64,000 nt of DNA, from positions 1,824 through 65,823 of the forward strand of contig JBBRHV010000005.1 of the NCBI GenBank assembly GCA_038222225.1. Direction: 5' to 3'. The first letter of the stretch is position 1. Each line of letters opens with the position of its first letter. Shown piece after piece: positions 57,071 to 64,000 of this stretch. Source of the DNA: Candidatus Omnitrophota bacterium. Lineage in GTDB: Bacteria > Omnitrophota > Gorgyraeia > Zapsychrales > JANLHA01. The notes beneath the pieces are model-generated. The model did no database searches. It was given only the letters and a program-made list of their open reading frames with translations, and was not told where the DNA came from. A program made the position numbers and the translations under genes.

Positions 57071-59424
57071 AGCCAGAAAAAATATTTGAGGCCCGGAGGT
57101 GTTTAGAACAGGGAAAAAATGACGAGGCCATTGATCTCTTGAGGTCAGAAGAAGCGCCGCATCATGCTGAGGCTTGTGTATTGTTAGCCCGGGCGTATTA
57201 TCAGCGCGGGGATACACGAGGCGATATTTATAGCAGTCATTTTTTTGCCCAGCGGGCTTTGTCCCTTGGGTTGCAAACAGATGAAGTGTTGGCAATGTAC
57301 GCGGTGACCTCTTTTCAGAAAGAACAGTATACAGAGGCTGTTTTTGCGTTTGAACAGTTTGTGACCGCTGATTCGCCAGCCGGGACGATGTTGTTGTTTG
57401 GGTTGGCCCTGGTTTACAGCGGCAGGGAAATGGAAGGAAAACTTTGGATCGAGAAGGCTAGCCAAAAAGATCCAGCCTGTCAGGAGAAGGCGAAGGAGGG
57501 GGTTCTTTTTTCTCAGAAAGAAAAGACATTAAAGATATCGTCGACCGGGAACATGTATGAATCCCGTTTGGAGCAGCTAAAGTTTTCCGAGCAAGCAGAA
57601 ATCCCAGCCCTTTATGAGCATCAGCCGTTGTCGATGCTGCGCGGTCAGGGAGAGTCGCTAAAAGATTTTGATTGGATGGACAAGAATGTTCCCTGTCAGA
57701 AGGCCTGTCCGGCGGGAACAGATATTCCGGAATACTTGAACGCGATTTTTTTAAAAGAATATGACAGGGCTTACCGGATCAATCTGTGGGACAATGTTTT
57801 TCCCGGGGTTTTAGGACGTGTTTGTGCCCGGCCGTGTGAGGAAAAATGCCGCCATGGCTGGCCGGGGCTTGGACAGCCGGTTGCGATTTGTTGGAGTAAG
57901 CGGGCCGCGGCAGATCACAGGTCAAGTGAGACCGGACGGCTTAAAGCTCTTTTTTCTTCCAGTGGCAAGAGCGTTGCAGTCATTGGCGCTGGTGTGGCGG
58001 GCTTGGCAGCCGCCAGGCAGCTGGCCCTGTGTGGACATGCTGTCACTGTGTATGAAAAACATAAGATTCCGGGTGGGATGATGAATCAAGGAATTCCGGA
58101 GTTTCGTTTGCCTCGGGAGGTTATCCAAAGGGAAATAGAACAGGTTCTGGCTTGCGGGGTTCGTTTAGAATGCGGCAAGGACATTGGCAAAGATATTTTG
58201 TTTGAAGATTTTGTAAAATCTCATGAGGCGGTAATTGTGGCAGCCGGAACATTGCGCCCTAATAAGCTTGAGCTTCCCGGCGCTGAGATTTCCGGAATTT
58301 ATCATGGGCTGGAATTTTTGTTAAGCGTTAATGAGTATGGGCGGCGGGATATCGGGAAGAATGTCATTGTTATCGGAGGAGGCTTTACCGCGATGGATTG
58401 CGCCCGTACCGCTTGGCGGTTGGGGGCTAAAAGCGTCCGTGTTCTTTATCGCCGCTCAGTTGAGGAGATGCTGATTACGCCCGGCGAACTGGAGGAGTTG
58501 AGCCAGGAGGGTATACCTATGGAATTTTTAATAGGCCCTGTGGCATACCTTGGCCAGGCAGGTCAAGGCTTGAGTGCGGTACGTTTTATCCGTAATGAAC
58601 TGGGGGCGCCAGATCAAAGCGGACGACGGCGACCGGTGCCGATTCAAGGAAGCGAATTTAACGTTGAGGCTGATATGGTTCTTTTAGCTACCGGGCAATT
58701 TGCTGACACGTCTTGGATAGGAGGGCCGTTGAGCGATAAAATTTGCGATAGCTCGGGAAGGGTCTTGGGCACAGGGGGATGCCGGACAAATATCGAGAAT
58801 GTTTTTCTGGCCGGGGATTTCGCGCAGGGAGCGTCATCTTTGATTAGCGCAATTGCTCATGCCAAACAAACGGCACGTGAGGTTGACCGATTTTTGACCG
58901 GCAAAGAGCGGTTTAAGGATGTTGTGCGTGTTCAGGACGCACAGACCACCGGACGGATCCGCGAAATGGATGCTGTTCCCCGGGTTGATATGCCGGTCAT
59001 CACAACGGATCAAAGAGACCTGCGGGCTGAAGTCGAAAAAGGATTAGATCCGGCTTTAGCCATCGACGAAACTCAGCGCTGCTATCTTTGTCATTACAAA
59101 TTTGAGATTGATCAGGATAAGTGCATTTATTGCGATTGGTGTATTAAAGCTAAGCCGCGGCCTAATTGTATCCTGAAGGTTAAAGAAATTATCCGTGACG
59201 AAGAAGGGCGGACCAAAGATTTTGTATTTGCCAAGAGCAGCGAAGAAACTAAGTTTATTTATATTAATCAGGAAGATTGTATCCGTTGTCATGCCTGTGT
59301 TTTGGCTTGTCCGGTGGGGTGTATTCATGTTCAGAAGGTGTCCCTGCAGACAAAAGTTTGTGATGGTTCACAAAAAGGAAAGAGCGCTGGATCGAATTCT
59401 TGTGGTTCTTGCGGGTCTCGATAA
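57067..59424 (+). CDS. TPR-fused NAD(P)H-dependent FAD/Fe-S oxidoreductase with C-terminal ferredoxin (GltD/SudA/DsrL-like)
   Basis: aa 1-145 TPR-like helices; PCQKACP...GRVCARPCEEKCR Fe-S; GAGVAG FAD site; GGGFTAMD + YRR NAD(P) site; RCYLC, CIYCDWC, CIRCHACVLACPVGCI. ATGA overlap with sir. Confidence 0.85.
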   Translation: MKPEKIFEARRCLEQGKNDEAIDLLRSEEAPHHAEACVLLARAYYQRGDTRGDIYSSHFFAQRALSLGLQTDEVLAMYAVTSFQKEQYTEAVFAFEQFVTADSPAGTMLLFGLALVYSGREMEGKLWIEKASQKDPACQEKAKEGVLFSQKEKTLKISSTGNMYESRLEQLKFSEQAEIPALYEHQPLSMLRGQGESLKDFDWMDKNVPCQKACPAGTDIPEYLNAIFLKEYDRAYRINLWDNVFPGVLGRVCARPCEEKCRHGWPGLGQPVAICWSKRAAADHRSSETGRLKALFSSSGKSVAVIGAGVAGLAAARQLALCGHAVTVYEKHKIPGGMMNQGIPEFRLPREVIQREIEQVLACGVRLECGKDIGKDILFEDFVKSHEAVIVAAGTLRPNKLELPGAEISGIYHGLEFLLSVNEYGRRDIGKNVIVIGGGFTAMDCARTAWRLGAKSVRVLYRRSVEEMLITPGELEELSQEGIPMEFLIGPVAYLGQAGQGLSAVRFIRNELGAPDQSGRRRPVPIQGSEFNVEADMVLLATGQFADTSWIGGPLSDKICDSSGRVLGTGGCRTNIENVFLAGDFAQGASSLISAIAHAKQTAREVDRFLTGKERFKDVVRVQDAQTTGRIREMDAVPRVDMPVITTDQRDLRAEVEKGLDPALAIDETQRCYLCHYKFEIDQDKCIYCDWCIKAKPRPNCILKVKEIIRDEEGRTKDFVFAKSSEETKFIYINQEDCIRCHACVLACPVGCIHVQKVSLQTKVCDGSQKGKSAGSNSCGSCGSR

Positions 59425-59457
59425 AGAGTCGGCGGAACATTGAGGAAATCAATAGTT

Positions 59458-60714
59458 ATGGGGTTGTCAAGCAAAGTGAACAACAAGAAATTATTACGCT
59501 CAGCCCGCGCGTGTTTGGTCGGAGGGGTCAACAGCCCTGTTCGCAGTTTTTCCGCGGTTGGGCAGGATTCGTTTATCATCAAAAAGGGGCGAGGGCCATA
59601 TCTGTATGATCATGATGGAAAACGCTATATCGATTACGTGCTGTCGTGGGGTGCGGCGATTTTTGGCCATGCGCATTCTCCGATTGTTAAGGCTGTTCAG
59701 GATAGTGCTCGCAATGGAACGCATTTTGGAGTTACAACTTGCGTAGAGATCGAATTAGCCCAAATGATTCAGGGGGCGATCTCTTTTGTTGAAAAGGTCC
59801 GTTTTGTGAATTCAGGGACCGAGGCGGTCATGGGTGCGGTGCGGCTGGCCAGGGGGTTTACCGGCAGAGACATTATTCTGAAATTTGAACATTCGTATCA
59901 TGGTCATGCTGATTATCTGTTGGCAAAGGCAGGATCAGGATTAGCAACACTTGGGATTCCGGCTAGTAAGGGGGTGCCTAAAGATTTCACCCGAAAAACA
60001 TTGATTGCCCCTGCCGGAGATTGGGAGGCCGTGGAAAGAATCTTTCAACGGCATGGCAAGCAGATTGCCGCTGTGCTGGTGGAGCCCGTTGGAGGGAATT
60101 ACGGCGTGACCCCTCCGGATCAGGAGTTTTTACAAAAATTGCGCCGGATAACACAGCGGAATGGAGCCCTGCTAATCTTTGATGAAGTGATTACAGGGTT
60201 TCGTTTTCATTATGGCGCGGCAGCGGATCTTTTTGGCGTTACGCCTGATTTGATCACGTTAGGAAAGATTATTGGAGGAGGGCTTCCGGTCGGGGCGTTT
60301 GCCGGCCCGGAAAAAATTATGCGGCACTTGGCTCCGTTAGGGCAGGTTTATCAGGCGTCAACCTTTGCCGGGAATCCGATTGTCATGGCAGCAGGGAAAG
60401 CAACGCTGAGGGCTCTTAAGGAGAAGAAAAAGGAGTATTCCCGGCTCAGTCGGTATGGAAATGTATTGGCCTCGACATTGAAAGAATCGCTTTCAAGAAG
60501 AAAGATGAATGTTTCTGTTGTTCAGCATCATTCGATGCTGAGCGTCAGATTTCTTGACGGCAGGGTATTTAGAAAGTTCTACCAGGGCATGTTTCAGCAA
60601 GGGATCTTTCTGGCCCCGTCTGAATTTGAAGTGAATTTTATTTCATTTGCCCATCAGGAGAAAGATATTCATCGCACGCAATCTGCGATGGAGCGCTCGA
60701 TCGCTGCGCTTTAA
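59458..60714 (+). CDS. hemL: Glutamate-1-semialdehyde 2,1-aminomutase
   Basis: GGVNSPVR, YIDYVLSWG, NSGTEAVM, YHGH, FDEVITGFR, LGKIIGGGLPVG, APSEFE. Confidence 0.95.
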   Translation: MGLSSKVNNKKLLRSARACLVGGVNSPVRSFSAVGQDSFIIKKGRGPYLYDHDGKRYIDYVLSWGAAIFGHAHSPIVKAVQDSARNGTHFGVTTCVEIELAQMIQGAISFVEKVRFVNSGTEAVMGAVRLARGFTGRDIILKFEHSYHGHADYLLAKAGSGLATLGIPASKGVPKDFTRKTLIAPAGDWEAVERIFQRHGKQIAAVLVEPVGGNYGVTPPDQEFLQKLRRITQRNGALLIFDEVITGFRFHYGAAADLFGVTPDLITLGKIIGGGLPVGAFAGPEKIMRHLAPLGQVYQASTFAGNPIVMAAGKATLRALKEKKKEYSRLSRYGNVLASTLKESLSRRKMNVSVVQHHSMLSVRFLDGRVFRKFYQGMFQQGIFLAPSEFEVNFISFAHQEKDIHRTQSAMERSIAAL

Positions 60715-60881
60715 GGAGGCATGGATGGAAAAGAAGCGCGTGGATGACGCTGTTTTTAAGAAGAGAGGTTTTTAAGGAACAAGCAGGAGGAAGATTACGG
60801 CGCTTGTAAACGTCGATAGAAAAAACGTAAATTTTTTACATGTTAATTGCAAGTGAAGTTCGATAAGAAAAGGAGGAAGAA

Positions 60882-61607
60882 ATGAGAGTTGGACGTATTC
60901 GTGTTATTGTTTTGATGGGGCTCTTTCTTGCAGTCTCCGGATCCAGCGCCTTGGCGGATTGGCGCAGTTATGTGTGGACCTATGAATATATGACCATGGC
61001 GAAAGGGGCAAAGGAAATCGAATATTATTTTACAACCGAAGTCCCGAAGGCTACGGCGTTCAATGTCAATACCATAAAGCATTGGCTTGAGCTGGAGTAT
61101 GGGATCACGGATCGATGGGATATCGCCGGGTACCTGCAGTACAAGCAGACCAACACAAAGACCAAAGATGATTTTAATTATGACGGGTTCAAGATCCGTA
61201 CACGGTATCGCTTTGGCGAAAAGGAGAAATATCTTTTAGATCCTCTTGTTTATTTTGAATTTAAGAAAGATGACAAAGGTGATACTCCGGATAAACTGGA
61301 AACGAAAGTTATTTTGGCCAAAGACATCAGGGATTTCAATTTTTCCTATAATCAGGTTCTTGAAACGCCGATCGAAAGTCACGGAAAGTCTGAGCATGGA
61401 TATGCGGCAGGGATCAGCCATTCTTTGACGAATCGGTTTAAGTTTGGGGTTGAATCTAAAGGGAACTATACGGATGATGTCTATTATTTGGGTCCGACCG
61501 TGTCGATGGCTCAGAAAAGATTTTGGGCAGGCGCGGGTGTGGTTTGGGGTCTTAATGATCGAAGCGATGATATTCAGACGCGCGTCATTGTAGGATTTCC
61601 TTTTTAA
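60882..61607 (+). CDS. Putative outer-membrane beta-barrel protein
   Basis: Signal peptide, alternating aromatic/hydrophobic beta-strand pattern, C-terminal Phe (VIVGFPF); SD AGGAGG. Confidence 0.75.
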   Translation: MRVGRIRVIVLMGLFLAVSGSSALADWRSYVWTYEYMTMAKGAKEIEYYFTTEVPKATAFNVNTIKHWLELEYGITDRWDIAGYLQYKQTNTKTKDDFNYDGFKIRTRYRFGEKEKYLLDPLVYFEFKKDDKGDTPDKLETKVILAKDIRDFNFSYNQVLETPIESHGKSEHGYAAGISHSLTNRFKFGVESKGNYTDDVYYLGPTVSMAQKRFWAGAGVVWGLNDRSDDIQTRVIVGFPF

Positions 61608-61653
61608 GGAGAATTTTAAAAATGAAAAGCAAAAAGGATGTGGTCAAAAAAAA

Positions 61654-61683
61654 TTGACATAGGGTAGGGGGGTATGGTATATT
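61654..61683 (+). promoter_or_regulatory. Promoter with CsoR/RcnR-family operator
   Basis: TTGACA (61654-61659) and TATATT (61678-61683) flank ATAGGGTAGGGGGGTAT, a G-tract bracketed by ATA/TAT as in CsoR/RcnR/FrmR operators. Confidence 0.7.
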
Positions 61684-61713
61684 TAAAGTGCGAACAAGAA
61701 GGAGAACGCAGTT

Positions 61714-61998
61714 ATGTCAGCTAACCCTACGCATAGCGACCAAATAGTGGCCCTTAAAAGGATCGAAGGTCAGGTTAAAGGTCTGCAGAAAATGATCGAA
61801 GAAAATCGGTATTGCGTGGACATTCTAACGCAAACCGCTTCGGTGGTGGGGGCCTTGTTAAGGGTTCAGGACAAGGTTTTAGAAAAACATCTGCAAATGT
61901 GTGTTAAAAATACTTTAGAGGGAACCTCTGAAGCGGAGAAACAGAAGAAAATTAATGAGATGCTTGAGCTGATGAAAAAGTTCAGAAGGAATGTGTGA
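61714..61998 (+). CDS. csoR: Metal-sensitive repressor, CsoR/RcnR family
   Basis: LKRIEGQVKGLQKMIEENRYCVDILTQ...EKHLQMCV with Cys-His-Cys ligands. Confidence 0.9.
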   Translation: MSANPTHSDQIVALKRIEGQVKGLQKMIEENRYCVDILTQTASVVGALLRVQDKVLEKHLQMCVKNTLEGTSEAEKQKKINEMLELMKKFRRNV

Positions 61999-62425
61999 AA
62001 TGAATACGCGTTTAAGACAGGGTGTGAGCATCGGCCTGATTGTTTTTTTTGTAGCGTCTTCTATTCTTTGCTGCTGCTTTTCAAAGAGCTCGCAGGCTTT
62101 TGAGCAAAGTGCTAATTCAAGCTTTTCGATTTTTCAGAACAATCAAGAAAGCCATTCGTGCTGTCAGCAAAGGGCCCAACAGAACACGTCTTCCCATCAC
62201 AAACAATGTCAATGCGGAAAGATCGTAGGATTAGTTGTTGAACAAAAGGGAGAGGCCCTAAATGAACATAAGAGTTCGTTCACAACAGATCACGATGTGT
62301 GGGCGATCATGGCCCTTTCCAATTGGACGACCCCCGATGAAACATTCAAAAATACCGGTCAGGATTTAAAAACCACCAAAAGACACAGTCCTTTTTATAT
62401 TCAAACTCATCAGTTAAGAATTTAA
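61991..62425 (+). CDS. Hypothetical Cys/His-rich exported or membrane-anchored protein
   Basis: N-terminal hydrophobic helix ending CCC, then HSCC and HHKQCQC, C-terminal P.Y....LRI; lies between csoR and the TolC gene. Confidence 0.65.
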   Translation: MCEMNTRLRQGVSIGLIVFFVASSILCCCFSKSSQAFEQSANSSFSIFQNNQESHSCCQQRAQQNTSSHHKQCQCGKIVGLVVEQKGEALNEHKSSFTTDHDVWAIMALSNWTTPDETFKNTGQDLKTTKRHSPFYIQTHQLRI

Positions 62426-62578
62426 TATTTATTTGCAGATATTGCGCTTGGATATTCTCTGCTTCAATGGATATCCACGAATTCGCTTTTTGTTCTATGT
62501 AAGAGTAGAATGAACGAAGCTCAAAGAACAATCATCGGCACGAAAAAGAAGGCATTATTTTTGAAGGAGGGAATAGAG

Positions 62579-63922
62579 ATGTTGTTTAAAAAAGAAAAAG
62601 TCAGCCTGGTTGTGCTTATCGCGGTGATGATGTGCAGCAGTTTAAGTTATGGCGCCAGCGGCGGCATGAGCAGAAAAAAACAATTGCGCCAGCAGGAACG
62701 TTTTTTTACCAAAGACGATCATTCCTCAGAGATGCCGATCACAGAGCAATCAACGGTTGATGATTATATTGCGTTAGGATTGCACAATAATCCGGATCTT
62801 CGCAGCCGGTTTTATCAGTGGAAAGCCGTCTATGAACAGATTGCCCAGGAGTTCTCCTTATCTGATCCGCAGTTTTCTTATACAAAATATAGCAGCGAAT
62901 CGGATAAGGAAGAAGCGTTTGCGGTCGGCCAGATGATTCCTTGGCCGGGCAAGCTCTTGGACCGTAAATCCAAAGCAGAGGCCGCCAGTGATGCGTCCTA
63001 TTATAATTTTCAGGCCAAGAGATTAGAGATCGTTCGTCAGATCAGCGAGGCGTATTATGAATACACATATCTGTCGAAAGCGATTTTGATCACGCAGGAA
63101 AACATGAAATTGCTTAAAAATTTTGAAAGCGTTGCTCAAACGAAATATAAATCCGGTTCAACCAAGAATGGGGATTTGCTGAAGATACAAGTCGAGCTAG
63201 GGAAGTTGCAGAATGAGCTGACAAGCATGGAAGACATGCAGCTGCCTTTAATGGCAAGGCTGAATGCTTTTTTGAGCCGTCCTGCCAACGCACAGTTGCC
63301 TTGGCCGAAGGACTCTTTGGAAAACGCGGCGCTGGAGGCGAGCTATGCGGACGTTGAGGCGCTGATTCAGCAGGCTCAAGACACGAATCCTGAATTGGCA
63401 GCGGCTGAAAAAAACATTGAAGCTGGACGAACGCAGCTGAAATTGTCCCGGCAGGGATACATTCCTGATCTTATGGTGACTTTGACGGATGAGAAGATGC
63501 GCCCTTCCGGCATGGGAGGAGAGGACGATTCATGGATGGTGATGGCTTCCGTTAATGTTCCTTTCTGGTTCGGACGCGTTAACTCAGAGATCCGGCAAGC
63601 GAAGGCTGACGTAAAGGCTTTTGAGAATGAAAAGGAAAACAAGACCAATGATTTGGGTTTCGAAATCTCGATGGTGCATTATAAACTGCGTGATTCTTTG
63701 CGTCAATCGCAGCTGTATCAGGGGGCGTTGATTCCCAAGGCGGTTCAAACATTGAACGCGACCCAGTCCGGTTATGAATCCGGGGATATGGAGTTTTTAT
63801 CTTTGATCGATGCGCAGCGCATGCTTTTGGAATTTCAATTGGCGTATTACCGGCACAATGCGGATTTTTATCAGCGTTTGGCAGAATTGAAAAGTTTGAT
63901 CGGAACAGGCACAGAAAAATAA
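62579..63922 (+). CDS. TolC-family outer membrane efflux protein (CusC/CzcC-like)
   Basis: Two OEP repeats (ALGLHNNPDL, AQDTNPEL, YIPDL, VNVPFW, GYESGDMEFLSLIDAQ); start ATG 62579 after AAGGAGG. Confidence 0.88.
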   Translation: MLFKKEKVSLVVLIAVMMCSSLSYGASGGMSRKKQLRQQERFFTKDDHSSEMPITEQSTVDDYIALGLHNNPDLRSRFYQWKAVYEQIAQEFSLSDPQFSYTKYSSESDKEEAFAVGQMIPWPGKLLDRKSKAEAASDASYYNFQAKRLEIVRQISEAYYEYTYLSKAILITQENMKLLKNFESVAQTKYKSGSTKNGDLLKIQVELGKLQNELTSMEDMQLPLMARLNAFLSRPANAQLPWPKDSLENAALEASYADVEALIQQAQDTNPELAAAEKNIEAGRTQLKLSRQGYIPDLMVTLTDEKMRPSGMGGEDDSWMVMASVNVPFWFGRVNSEIRQAKADVKAFENEKENKTNDLGFEISMVHYKLRDSLRQSQLYQGALIPKAVQTLNATQSGYESGDMEFLSLIDAQRMLLEFQLAYYRHNADFYQRLAELKSLIGTGTEK

Positions 63923-63947
63923 ATTTTTTAAAAACGGAGGGGTTGAG

Positions 63948-64000
63948 ATGAACACAGAGCGTATGAAAATTTTCAAAGATCGCGCGTCTCAGTTTTGGCA
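63948..64000 (+). CDS. Start of next CDS (partial), probably the RND periplasmic adaptor
   Basis: SD GGAGGGG, then ATG AAC ACA GAG..., open to the window edge. Identity inferred only from its position after the TolC gene. Confidence 0.5.
   Translation, partial: MNTERMKIFKDRASQFW

Noticed and set aside
55385-59424. Dissimilatory sulfate reduction (dsr) interpretation
   Set aside because: No dsrAB, dsrC, aprAB, sat or qmo. The reductase is a single-chain Sir/NirA type in a cysHDN context.
60725-60775. 16-codon ORF after hemL with an AAGGAGG SD
   Set aside because: Too short, with no motif; could be chance or a gene remnant.
61714-61998. Assigning the CsoR-family protein as a nickel sensor (InrS-like) from its N-terminal His
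   Set aside because: The His spacing does not clearly match the RcnR/InrS position, so metal specificity is left open.
14226-63648. Long minus-strand ORFs such as 14226-14912, 30873-31616, 43498-44196 and 52053-52772
   Set aside because: All overlap confident plus-strand genes and show no protein family features.

Overview
Bacterial chromosome segment spanning the replication origin. Gene content and order suggest a PVC-superphylum organism, possibly Candidatus Omnitrophota; this is an inference, not a database result. Left of about 6.75 kb, dnaA-dnaN-DUF721(dciA)-gyrB-gyrA(partial) run on the minus strand, and every credible gene to the right is on the plus strand. oriC looks bipartite: a DnaA-box cluster upstream of dnaA, plus a Bacillus-like DnaA box/GGCC/DnaA-trio unwinding module between dnaA and dnaN. 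Housekeeping genes follow: rpmH-yidD-yidC-Jag_N (no rnpA), two parS sites with parAB, yicC-gmk-rpoZ-coaC, tRNA-Cys/Leu/Val, thrS-infC-rpmI-rplT, trkAH, pheST, 6S RNA, rarA, ygfA-rny-ymdB-PilZ-gltX, tRNA-Gln and glnS. From 34.3 kb there is a Rex-controlled group 3d NAD-reducing [NiFe]-hydrogenase with a full hyp set. Next comes an Rrf2/CymR-led assimilatory sulfate reduction operon with its own, noticeably truncated, siroheme pathway. It includes a siroheme sulfite reductase translationally coupled to a TPR-fused, DsrL-like NAD(P)H:Fe-S flavoprotein, which is the best candidate here for an undescribed system. The window ends in a CsoR-regulated metal efflux operon. Notable non-coding signals are a 25-bp quasi-palindrome seen five times near oriC, intergenic hairpins built from 7/8-mer repeats, and an interrupted partial tRNA-Val copy. 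All calls come from reading motifs by eye; no searches were run.
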